A stretch of 64,000 nt of DNA from Anthoceros angustus (Eukaryota; Plantae; Anthocerotophyta). Of this stretch, positions 1-11,243 are shown one piece after another; the stretch's first letter is position 1; every line of letters begins with the position of its first letter. Location: positions 190,247-254,246 of the forward strand of contig MU008187.1 of NCBI GenBank assembly GCA_010909165.1. Reading direction: 5' to 3'. The translations under genes were made by a program, and so were the position numbers. The notes under the pieces were generated by a model. It was not told the DNA's origin, did not search any database, and saw nothing but the letters and a program-made list of their open reading frames with translations.

Positions 1-199
1 GCCGCCGGCGCCTGGCCCCATCCACCTTCAAAACTCGCCAACCATAATATATGACCTAGAAGGTGGACGTTTGTAGATTTTAGATTGGGGAAGATGGTAA
101 ATGTATGTGTGAAGAGGTGATAGTCCACGACATCGGTTTGTTGTATGCAATGGGTTTCATGGATTCTCCTTCGCTGGTGTGGAAGAAGCGTGTTTGTAT

Positions 200-1760
200 G
201 TGTGAAATTGGGAACGTGAAAACTTGGAAGGATGTGACACTTGGAACGTGTTTGGTTGTGGGCGTAAAAAAATCAGTCGCGTTAGAGGCACACCGCGGCA
301 TGCAGAGGAGCGGGAAAAATGGCAAACACCGTGAAAAGAGTTACAGGAACCGGATAAGTACATGCTCCTCGCTATAGACTAATGGACCAAGAAGACGAGA
401 TTCCACACTTCGTTGGCCAAAGAATCTTGATGAGGAGCCGTATCTGTGGTAATGGTGGGTTGCATGATCCACAATTATACGACGCAGAAGAGTGTTTTTG
501 CACTATGCCAATTTGAGGAACGATGCGAATCGACAATCGTGATTATTCAAGATGTTATTCTTAATTATAAAGGAGTGCTACCCAAAGTGCTCTATTTGCA
601 GCTTGACAACACTTGCCGGAAAACAAGAACCAGTTGTTGATTTGAACATGCTAGTTGATATGGGAACTTTTCAAGGTGAAGGTTGGGTTCCTCCTTGTTG
701 GGCACACTCACGACCAAATCGACCAAATGTTCTCTTGCTTTTCCAAAAGCTTGAAGCACAAGGAGGCACACACTCTTCCGCGTTGGCCGACCTTGGTTCA
801 TGCATACACGCCTACACCGGAGATCAAAGTTTTGCAGGAGGTCCGGACTTCCATCATATGTATGGCCGATTAGACAAGGCGATGGTCGCCAGCATATTCA
901 TCGGCGTGAGAAAATTGAACAACTTATCTTTCCAGACCGCTTTAAAATCACCAGAAGACAAACCGCACTGTGCGATGAATTAGGAGCAAGCAATATTCGA
1001 CATCGATGTATTGGGAAACCGCCGGGTTGGAGTTTTTGAAATTTGTCCCTCCAACGACATAACGCAGACGCCGCCGGTCCGGCTCGAGACAAGAAAGGGA
1101 CGCCGGTTATCTCGACAAGGAGTGGCACATTTGAGAGCGGTCCGCTGAGCCGCCATATGTGACCGGGAAATATGGATGGTGGGAAGCATTGGTGGACCAA
1201 GAAGAAATCGCAATAATCGTGGAGAACAACATTGGGCTCGCACTAGAAGTGCCGTGGAAATGGTTCTCGCGAATCGGAAGAAACAACAACCACTCCAAGT
1301 TCCCGATGAAGCTATCCTAGAGGACGTTGCTAAGAGAACTCCCCAACGGATATGTACTTACCGGCTTGGGAAGGCAGCAGAGGAAATGGCACGCTTGCAT
1401 GGAGATGTAAAAGACATAAAGGAAGGGATGTTCATCGCAGATTTGTACCGATACGCATAATCGGCCTCGGATTGGGAAAGTTAATCGTGAGGTTGGATGT
1501 GGAAGAGCCTCATTTCCGGTTCACTGCAGATCGAGCACGATGCATATGAAGGCGATACGTGGAAGAATATGTGATTCACTTCCACCGAGACAAATTGGGA
1601 TTGGAAGGAAAAAGGGTGGGAAGGCAAATTTCAAGAATGTTCAAGAAGTCTTCATCAATAAAACCGTCATCTTGTATTATGGGTTCGGTTTGAATTCCGT
1701 AAACATCTCTATTCCATTGACAAAAAGCGATCGTGGATAAGTTGAATGAATTGCGGGGCT
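200..1760 (+). mobile_element. Degenerate DDE-like transposase-related ORF (DUF7869-like family), broken by frameshifts and stops
   Basis: Motifs in order across frames: ID*MDQ..IPHF (~375-415), PKVLYLQLDN (~580-610), FLLVGHTHDQIDQMFS (~690-735), then a downstream charged segment (1176-1460). The pattern matches recalled DUF7869-type TE proteins. Boundaries are approximate. Confidence 0.6.
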
Positions 1761-3314
1761 TCATCCACCAAAGTGCACCAAGATAGTGACGAAGACGGTG
1801 AGGACATCGGCCCTTGGACATGGAAGGTGTCAATTCGGGAGATGAGTGAAAAGATGTATGAAGTGGAGGCAAACATCGGTGGACATCGAGACAAGAGGGT
1901 TTACTCGACCGTCAAGTGTCGACCGCCAAGTTAGGCTCAAAGTGGGAGCTCGCGTTAGTGATAGGGAATCTGGTGCTATCATTCGGTGATGGAAGTTGAA
2001 GAAGTTGGAGTCACTTCCGGCCGTAGGTTGCGAGTGGCGACAGGAAATGCCGGTGGGCCGGCGCCGCCATTTTTCACCATCCTTAGTAGCATGGAAACCG
2101 CTTTTCCGCACCGCCCGCGTATTGTACATTTTGTTCGCAAATCAGATATAACCCATCCGTGACGCATGCCTAAATCCTAAATCGTGGAAACTGATAGCTG
2201 TGGCGCGCCCACCGGCGCCCCTTCTTGCCAAAACAAAAGACTATGGGTTCGACGGACGGTTCGGAAAGAAGCACCATTCTTTACCAATGATGACTGTGAA
2301 GATTGCCGCAATGTCTTCAAAAGACCTTGTTTATTTAGATCGTGCCTCAACAACCGCCTTTTAGTCCTTCCGGTACTTATGGTAAGCAAGCATGGGTCGA
2401 TATGCCAAATTCGATGGCCGAACCACGCCTAACCCTTTGTGTGATGGAGACACCGCCCGGACGTCAATTTCATCCCTTATCGACCCTTATTTTCGGCCTT
2501 CGACCGATGTTGCCCAAAGCAGAATGCGACCCATCCCAAACCCCCTTCCGACGATATTTGGTTGAAAACCTCATCAGATATTAACCCCTTCCAAGATTAG
2601 TATGTTGGGCCGTTGTCAGATTCCGTCGTAAAGTTATCAAGGTGATCGACTCTGGTCTTAATTTCTTCCTGATTCGACAGCACTTCAGATAAGGATCTCT
2701 CGACCCTAGTGACGCTTGCAAGTAATCTGACTACGGCGTCTTGATCACTCTTGTGCGTGACAATCACATGGTGGTTCGGACGGAGGAGCCGTGAGGATTT
2801 GTTGATCGGCTATGAAACAAATCGTGGTTTTGACCTCCGGCGATCTTTCTCAGAGTAGATTGTCAACCATGTGATTCCTCAGAGTGGACGGATCTCGGCC
2901 CCGTCCCCGAGTCACAACAAGTCCTTCACCATGTAGGGTAATCCTGCTCATGCTGTCTAGAATAGTTTCTAGACGGCGCCATGTGCTTGTGGGGAGAGAT
3001 TCTCCACGGCGAGCGGGCCGCACGGGCTTCCGCGACCGGCATCATTCAGTGAAGATAGAATCCAAATGCTCGATACCATGTTTATTTTATAGGAGCGAAA
3101 AATGTACTTTGTAAAATGATAAAACAAAAGTGTGTATCCAAAAAGTACATATGGCCTCACTATATATGTAACTCAAAAACGGTTCACATGACCAACCCTA
3201 ACTAGCCGCACCCTTTTATATTTAACAAGCGGAGTATCGTGGCATAATTTCCAACCACGAAGCGCCAAGGAGCGCACCGGTACCTCTACCCCTACCCGCG
3301 AGAAAAGTATAGAG

Positions 3315-6300
3315 ATGGGGCCCAAGAAGGCAGCGGAGGTATGGGAGCCCTGGCGGTTGGTGGAGCGCATCATCGTCACCAAAAGATACCCCGACTTCGG
3401 GCCCTGGCTGGAGGAAGCGGAAGAACTGGTGGGGCAATGGCACTTGGACATCTTCAGTGCGGTTTGGACGTTTGACAGCGTCGCGCTCGTCCGAGAGTAC
3501 GCCAGGAAGATGCTGGCAGTCGCCAACAAGGAGGTTTGCTCCAAGAGCTCGAAGGAGGACCCCAGGAGGTGGACCGTGGAGGTCCTGAGGGCGGTTTACA
3601 ACCGCCCGGTGGAGGAAATTGGGGGCGTAGTCCCGGAGCCCCTCAAGGTGAGGGGGAAGGTGGAAGCGGCGAAGGCGGCCATGCTGAGGCCGGGGATGCA
3701 ACGGTCGTCCAACAGCTGGTTAATGTCGGATCTGCTAGATAGGCGGGTGAGGGCGGTGGCCAAGGTCATTGTCCATTGGAACATGCTCACCAAGGTGCAT
3801 CACCTTGGTGACAATCTTCTGGTGTTTCTATACGCCCTACAGCGAGGGAAGAGGGCCGACTGGGGGCATATCATCTTCGCCCGGATCAACCAGGAGGCCA
3901 GGAAGCTGCGGAGTGAGAAGCCTCCTCCGTCAGCACTGTTACCCTTCCTCATCCATGTATGGGGACATCTCAACCTCCTGAAGGAGGGAGAAGAGGAGCG
4001 AGCGCTCCGGAAAGGGCTGGCGGCCCTACCAGAGGCGGAGCGGGAAGGAGCGAAGGCGCCAGAGGAGAGGTCCGACCTCCTAAGGCCAAACGGGCCCGGG
4101 AGGAGGACGATTGGGAAGGGGTCCCGGATTCCATTCGACTGGAACGGACCCCCTCGCCACCCCGGGAGGTGTGGGAGCCTTGCTCCTTCTGGTTCCGGAA
4201 GCGGAGGTCCCCGCGTCGGACGGAGCACTTACGGGGAGGGAGCTGGCACTGGCGACGCCCACTAGCCAGCAACCCACCACGGCCCCAGCAGCGGAGCCAC
4301 GACGGACAAAGAAAGTCGTCAAGAGGCGGAAAACGGCCCCCAAGGTGCAGGGGGCACGCGCACCATCCGAGCGCCCGCCCCGACAGGAAGAGGGAAACGC
4401 GCTCCCGACCTCACCACCGCCGAGCCCCAAACGAAGGCGGGCGGAGAAGGAGTTAGCGGCCAAACGGGCCAAGGAGGTGGAAGGACCGGACCAGGGCACT
4501 CAGGACCTGAGGGTCCTGATCAGGTCCGGAGAGCCAAATCCGGACTCGCTCTGGACTGCAATATGGCGGTCCCTGACGGACCGGGAGATGCCGGCAACCA
4601 CGCCGGACTTCTTGGGGGCCTCACCCGCAGCAGCCGTGGAAGAGACACGGCGAGTTTTGGCAACCGCCATGGACGGTATGCTTTGGGGTCTCGGGACTAG
4701 AAGACCTGTGAAGTGGAGGCCACTGTGAGACGATGGTGCCTCCAGAGCAGTGGAGGTGGCCTAAGCGCCAAGAAGAAGGCGGAGTCCTCGCCCAATCGAG
4801 GAGGGAAGGCCGAGAAGCGGAGCGGGAGGTCCGGCCTCGAAGACCGGACTAAGGTCCTTCACCGTATCAGTGGCGCAGGAGGCCCAAGCGGCAGAGGACC
4901 TCTCCAGCAATGAGAAGCGCAAGGGGAGCCGGAGGAAGCCCAAGATAAGCGGAGCTCGAGACTGGCCGAGGCGGCTGACGAAGCAACACCAAGCCCGGGA
5001 GGCCTGTGAAGGGGCGGAAGGCGGAAGCTGCTAAGACCGATCGGGACCATTACCTAGATCGGAACCGGTGGAGGGAGTTTCAGGACGGCCAACTCAAGGC
5101 GGAGTAGGTGGCAGCGGAGGCACTTGCCAGGGCAAAGGAGAGGAGGCCAAGAACTGTGAGATGGAGGATCTCCGAGTCCAGTTGCGTGGGGTGGAAGAAC
5201 GGCGGCAAGAGACGGAGGACCGCAAGGAGACCTTGGAGCTATAGCTCCAAGACACAATTGAGCGGAACGGGGCTCTCCGGGGCGTGATCGCCGATCACGA
5301 ACGTGAGATAGAGCAACTCCAGCTCTGTTGGAGGGCGGACGAAGTGCGGCGACGGAATAAGGAGCAGGACGTTGCGGAGATGGAGAAGGACCTAAATGAA
5401 GCAAGGGACCGGGCGGAGTTGCCGGACCGCCTAGGAAGAGAGATGGCGGAGCTTCAGGATAGGATGAACGGAGGAGCACGGGCCCTGGAGGCGGAGAAGA
5501 AGCTGCTAGTCCAGCTGAGGAAGGCGGAGGGGGAACGGTGCGCCCTCGCAAGGAAGTTGGCAGAGACGCAGAAGCGAAGGGAGATGGAGCAGGAGGAGCA
5601 GCAGCGGCGGCTGCAGGAAGTGACGGAGGCCTCCCTGGCGGCCTCACGAGATTCTCGCCTTGCCCAATCGCGAACCCGGCTGAACGGGCAAAGAAGTCGG
5701 CAAAGACGCCACCGCCGGAGCACCTATGGCGAAGGGAATATCGGGTGCTCCAGGCACATGTGGAAGAGGCTATCCAGCAAGTCGACTCGGATTTTGCCTA
5801 CTACCACGCCGAGCTTCTCAAGGCCCTGAAGGTTCTGCGTCACCCACGACAACTAGACGGACCTCCGGAAGGATCAGAAGGCGGGGGAGGTGAAGAAGGG
5901 CCTGGGGACAGTACCGGAACCCTGGGGGCCTTGTTCGGTGACGACGGCAGTGGTGGAGAGGAGCCCCAGGAGGAGCAGAACGCGGCCAACGTAACAGGAC
6001 CTGAGGTAAGTCCGCCGCAACCAACCGGGGGGAATAGAAACGAGAGCCCCGAAAGGAGTGGTGAAGGAGGAGACCAGCCGGACCCAAGCCATGAAGAGGG
6101 TCCGGCGAGTGAGGATGGACCCCTAGCAGTCGAGGGTCAAGGGGTCGTGGGTCCGGGACTTGAGGTCCGGACCCTGGTAATAAGGCCGGACCCCGAGGTC
6201 CGGACCCCAGAGGCGAGACCAGACCCTGAGGTCCGGACTCCGGGAATAAGGCTGCCTCCTAAAGATCGGACCCCGGAATCGAGACCGGACCCCGAGGTCC

Positions 6301-6542
6301 GGACTCAGGAGGAGAGGGAGAGACACCACCGGCCTACTCAGGCGGAGCAGTCATCAGGTGGTCCCACAGGTCAGGGACCCACCCGGAGGTCAGGGGAGGA
6401 GGATGTGGTGGTTACCGTGGTTGTCGACCGCCAGAGCCCACCGGCTGTGGTCTCGAAGGAAGGGCCCGCCTCGCGGATCATCCGATTGGGTGCGCCGCAA
6501 CTGCCAAGGCTGGGAATTAGGACATCGCCGAGGCAGAGCTAA
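3315..6542 (+). mobile_element. Frameshifted long accessory ORF of probable Ty3/gypsy (Tat/Athila-like) retroelement type; no RT, integrase or gag motifs seen
   Basis: Overlapping + ORFs (3315-4265, 4111-4728, 5284-5829, 5538-6542). They give an N-terminal domain ending GKRADWGHIIF...LLPFLIHVW, a Pro/Arg-rich linker, an E/R-rich coiled coil and a low-complexity tail. It is intronless and GC-rich. Confidence 0.45.
6161..6306 (+). repeat. Short coding repeats GACCCCGAGGTCCGGAC (PDPEVRT)
   Basis: Three full and one partial copy in ORF 5538-6542. Confidence 0.8.
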
Positions 6543-7269
6543 GGGCACCCTGTGCCCACCGACGGAGATAGGCGGAGGGGGAAGATAGGCGGTCGATTAG
6601 GATACACCGAAATGGGCCGCCAGCAATTAGGAGTGTAATAAAGACGCCGACCTTGGGCGTAGTATAAGAGGGCCGAAGTTGCTCTAGTAAAGCATCTTTC
6701 TCTTGGGGTGGATACCGCATTTCGCTGTAGACCCTTGCGCCTTTGCTAACGTGAGTCCCGAGTCATGCAGCACAGCCCGGAGAGACCGATCAAGGTCCCG
6801 TGGCGGACCCTAACGTGGTGGTGTGTGCAGGAGTGGACGATCCGGACCCTTGCTCGTCAGAAAGCACCGCCCGACTCGGACGACCGGAACGCGTGAGCCG
6901 GGAACCCGAGGGCGGCAGAGCCCTGACGAGAGGCCCCATGAACGACGCGAGGTCCGAACCACGCAGCCCACCCGCTTTTCCAAGAAGTGACAAGAGTGTT
7001 GAGAGAGGTAAGGAGAGTGGACTAGACGGACGAAGAATGATCGATTGGCTACGGACGCGAACGGTCTCAAACGCTTTGGCTACACCGGCTCCCGGGTGAA
7101 CGTTAAGGGTGGTTAGTCGAGAATGGTGCACGCGCCTAAGTCCGAAACGCCATTACGCATTTGATGAGAATTGGTTGAAAACGTGTCAAACGAGCCCATC
7201 ATTCTCTTGGGAACGGACCCTTGCTACAACGACATGATATTGTGCGCGCCGGCAGTTATCGAAAGTCCC

Positions 7270-8010
7270 GCCACAAGCCGCCTCGGCCCGCCTGCTGTCA
7301 AGGAGCCCCGCCTCGGCCCGCCTGCCGCCTCGGCCCGCCTGCTGCCGCCCGCCCGCCTGCCGCCTGCCGCCCGCCGCTGCCGCCCGGCCCGCCCAGCCGC
7401 CGCCCGCCTGCCGCCTGCCCGCCCAAGCCGCCGCCCGCGCCTTGTCCTCGGAAGGAGCCCCGGCCTCGGCCCGCCCCGCCCGCCGCCTCGGCCTCGCCTG
7501 CCGCCTGCCCGCGAGACCGCTGCTCGCTGGCGAGACCGCTGCCCGCGAGACCGCCCGCCTGCTGCCCGCCTGCCCGCGAGACCACGGCTCGCCCGCGAGA
7601 CCGCTGCCGCCCGCCTGCTGCCCGCCTGCCGCCGCCGCCCGCCCGCCCCGCCGCCGCCGGCCCGCCCGCCCGCCTGCCCGCGAGACCGCTGCTCGCCCGC
7701 CCGCCCGGCCCGCCTGCCAGACCGCTGCCCGCCCGAGACCGCTGCCCGCCAGACCGCTGCTCGCCCGCCCGCCCGCCTGCCCGCGAGACCGCTGCCCGCC
7801 TGCCGCCGCCCGCCTGCCGCCCGCGCCTCCCTCCCCGCCCACGCGCCTCCTCCCGTGGCCCGGGCCTCCCTCCCTGCTCGCGCCTCCTCCCGCCCCGCGC
7901 CTCCTCCCGCCCCGCGCCCTCCTCCCGTGCTCGCGCCCTCCCGCGCCTCCTCCCGCCCCGCGCCCGCGCCTCCCGCCCGCTCACGGCGGCATCGCCCCGC
8001 CTTCCGCCTT
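7270..8010. repeat. Extremely GC-rich, C-skewed low-complexity tract (copy 1)
   Basis: Recurrent CCCGCCTGCC and CGCGAGACCGCTG motifs. The ORFs in all frames are P/A/R-only artefacts. Confidence 0.9.
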
Positions 8011-8999
8011 TAGTTTGAAACACCCCGCGCCGCTCATACTCGCACGACTCTAAAATCAAGCATGGTTGGTTTACATCTCAACCTCGTTGTGGTGGGTGCG
8101 ATCGGGTTGTGCCGTGGCCGGGCAAAATACGGCAGGATATCCTGTATGGACCGTACATAGTGTTGCGCGAAGTATACCATGATGAGAGAGAATCGTGATG
8201 GGCGAGGCATGGCATGCCACGCCAGATTTCACACGCGCGAAGCATTGATTGCTTCGGAGATTGAGACTCAGGCATAGACCCAGCATGGTCACTTAAGTGG
8301 GTGCTAGACTGGGTGAAAGTCATACTGGAGATGCTTCTCCATTCTTCAAGACTTATTTTAAAATTGAGATGGGCCAGACTGCGTGAACATGGTGCCAGAT
8401 TGTGAGTAGAAAGGTGAAGAAATAGAAAAGCTAAGGAAGAAGTTGGAAAAGCTGAGTATGACAGCTGGAGCAGTGCCTTGAGAATCAAGATGTTATTTTG
8501 CGTGAGGCTTGAGGTTTTATAGCAGCAAGTCACAGAGTAAGTGAGCACTGGCTGACTGGTGTGTGCAGGAGTGGACGATCCGACCCTTGCTCGGAGAGCG
8601 ACGACGGACCGGAACGCGTGGGAGTCGGGCGTCGGACGGAGAGGCCCCATGAACGACGAAGGAGGTCCGAACCACGCAGCCCACCCGCTCTTTTCCAAGA
8701 AGTGACAAGAGTGTTGAGAGAGGTAAGGAGAGTGGACTAGACGGACGAAGAACAGACTGATTGGCTACGGACGCGAACGAGTCCTTAAACGTTTGGCTAC
8801 ACCGGGCCTGTTCGGTGAACGTTAAGGGTGGTTAGTCGTAGAATGGTGCACGCGCGCGCCTAAGTCCGAAACGGTCATTACGTACGGATGAGAATTGGTT
8901 GAAAACGTGTCAAACGGAGCCCATCATTCTCTTGGGAACGGACCCCTTGCTACAACGACATGATATTGTGCGCGCCCGGCAGGCCATCAGCGAAAGTCC

Positions 9000-9670
9000 C
9001 GCCACAAGCTGCCTCGCCTGCTTTCGAGCCGCCTCGGCCCTCGCTCGCCTGCCGCCGCCCGCCCGCCTGCCGCCGGCCCGCCCAGCCGCCGGCCTCGCCC
9101 CGCCTGCCTCGGCCCGCCCCGCGCCTCGGCCTCGCCTTGTCCTCGGAAGGAGCCCCCGTCCTCGGCCCGCCCGCCCGCCTGCCTCGGCCCGCCTGCCCGC
9201 GAGACCGCTGCCGCCCGCCCGCCCGCCTGCCAGACCGCTGCCGCCCGCCCGCCCGCCTGCCGCCGCCCGCCGCCCGCCGCCGCCCGCCCGCCTGCCGCCG
9301 CTGCCCGCCCGCCCGCTGCCGCCCGCCTGCCGCCCGCCCGCTGCCGCCCAGACTGCGGCCGCCGCGCCCGCCCGCCTGCTGCCCGCCTGCCGCCCCGCGA
9401 GACCGCTGCCCGCCCGCCGCCCGCCCGCCGCTGCCGCCCGCCTGCCGCCTCGGCCCGCCTGCCGCCTCGGCCTCGCCTGCCGCCGCCCGCCCGCCCGCCC
9501 CGCGCCTCCTCCCGTGGCCCGCCTCCCTCCCGTGCTCGCACTCCTCCTCCCTGCTCGCGCCTCCCTCCCTCCCGCGCCCTCCTCCCTCGCGCCTCCTCCC
9601 GCGCCCTCCCTCCCGCCTCGCGCCCGCGCCTCCCGCCGCTCACGGCGGCATCGCCCCGCCTTCCGCCTTT
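9000..9670. repeat. GC-rich low-complexity tract (copy 2)
   Basis: Same motifs and flanks as 7270-8010. Confidence 0.9.
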
Positions 9671-10204
9671 AGTTTGAAACACCCCGCGCTCATACTCGCA
9701 CGACTCTAAAATCAAGCATGGTTGGTTTACATCTCAACCTCGTTGTGGTGGGTGCGACATCGGCCAGCCGGGCAAAATACGGCGATGACATCCTGTATGG
9801 ACCGTACATAGTGTTGCGCGAAGTATACCATGATGAGAGAGAATCGTGATGGGCGAGGCATGGCATGCCACGCCAGATTTCACGCACAAGCATTGATTGC
9901 TTCGAGATTGAGACTGCATAGACCAAAGATGGTCACTAAGTGGTGCTAGATCGTGAAAGTCATCGAGATGCTTCTCCATTCTTCAAGACTTATTTTAAAA
10001 TTGAGATGGGCCAGACTGCGTGAACATGGTGCCAGATTGTGAGTAGAAAGGTGAAGAAATAGAAAAGCTAAGGAAGAAGTTGGAAAAGCTGAGTATGACA
10101 GCTGGAGCAGTGCCTTGAGAATCAAGATGTTATTTTGCGTGAGGCTTGAGGTTTTATAGCAGCAAGTCACAGAGTAAGTGAGCACTGGCTGACCGGTGTG
10201 TGCA

Positions 10205-10545
10205 CTGACCTGCTGTTCCAATGACGGTCTGAAAATCCTTGTCTGGTTGCATAGCCAACAAGGCCTAAAGTAACCAAGTTTAGGAACGAAGTTGGCATCC
10301 AGCATCACGGGACTAGGCTTGATACCCCTGTGGACCTCTGACTGTTTGGAGCCTCCATGCAGACACCCAAGAGCATCTGCCACTTCCCGTATGATGCTAA
10401 ACCGAGTCAGCCAGTCCAGCCCTAGTGGAGCAGCTGCAGCGGGATGGGGGATAGAGGTGGCCCGCCAGGCTGCCTTTGACATATACTCGCACACGATCAG
10501 TAACTCGTTATGCTCATAGCACCATCCTTTCACAGTTTCATGCTT
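10205..10545 (-). pseudogene. Receptor-like kinase fragment (L-type LecRK-like, subdomains IV-VII)
   Basis: VKGWCYEHNELLIVCEYM...LDWLTRFSIIREVADALGCLH...VHRGIKPSPVMLDANFVPKLGYF. The HRD and DFG motifs are degenerate (HRG, GYF) and both ends are truncated. Confidence 0.75.
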
Positions 10546-10690
10546 GCAAGAAGAGAGCATCATGCTCGCTGTCAGAGTGACTCATCAGCCTTTGCATGAT
10601 GGTTATGGTTCTGGTGATGGACACCATGTTGAGGAGACAGCTCAGGGAGATGGCCCCAGACTCCCCTGGAAAGATGTTGGATCCAAAAGT
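10540..10690 (-). pseudogene. Orphan exon-end plus intron fragment paralogous to the CCD gene at 13.40-13.53 kb
   Basis: 10597-10690 aligns by eye to 13438-13530 (TSFQGSLGAISLSCLLNM versus TSFQGDSGAIALSYLLNM). The similarity includes the donor site and the following intron. Confidence 0.7.
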
Positions 10691-11243
10691 GCTGTTGAGG
10701 AACCTAGTTGAACACACTCGTACTGCTGCTTACGTATGCCGATGAGGAGGCTGAACGCATGAAAGGTCTGTTAATGGATGGCCATCTCTACATACAGCAC
10801 AAACTTGTTCATGATACTCTACTGAAACGTTTAAAGGGCTTTTCCGCGTTCTTTCTTCCTTTCAAGTCTATGGATCTGGAACCTAGTTCTGCATGTGTCC
10901 GCCTTCGTGGTCTATTTTACTGGTCTGTCTCCACAAACAAGAACCTTTTTTTTCTTTTTCTGGGAGAAGATTGGGTGAGATTCTCACATTCAGCATGCAC
11001 TAGAGCACAAATGTGTTAGTCTATGTGAAACACCTGTTGCTTTCATCGATCTAGCCCTGGAAGTTGTGAGCATGTCGAAGTGCCTCATCCAAGTGCCCAG
11101 TCATGCCTTCTCACATGTGTGGCAGCATGTGGTCCAGGGTACGAGCAAGACTGGGTGACTGTACAGGTTGACAGCTCTTTTAGCCAATGCACTTTGAAAC
11201 CCTACTTGCACTCTGCGTTGTAGGCATGGTCCTCCATAGTCCA

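Larger units (their letters stand above)
6820..10204. repeat. Tandem duplication, units 6820-8557 (~1.74 kb) and 8558-10194 (~1.64 kb)
   Basis: Collinear sequence in both units. The 10-mer GGTGTGTGCA occurs at 6820, 8558 and 10195. Confidence 0.9.

Noticed and set aside
2184-2584. Cys-rich stretch and RRYLVENLI resembling a piggyBac C-terminus
   Set aside because: The motif order is reversed relative to piggyBac, and there is no DDD core or TTAA-flanked TIR.
7171-9715. Long Pro/Ala/Arg-rich ORFs on both strands
   Set aside because: They are by-products of an ~85% GC low-complexity tract and the frames are not conserved between the two copies.
11030-11150. Possible PPR-like fragment (GHLDEA) on the minus strand
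   Set aside because: Too short and interrupted by stops to support.
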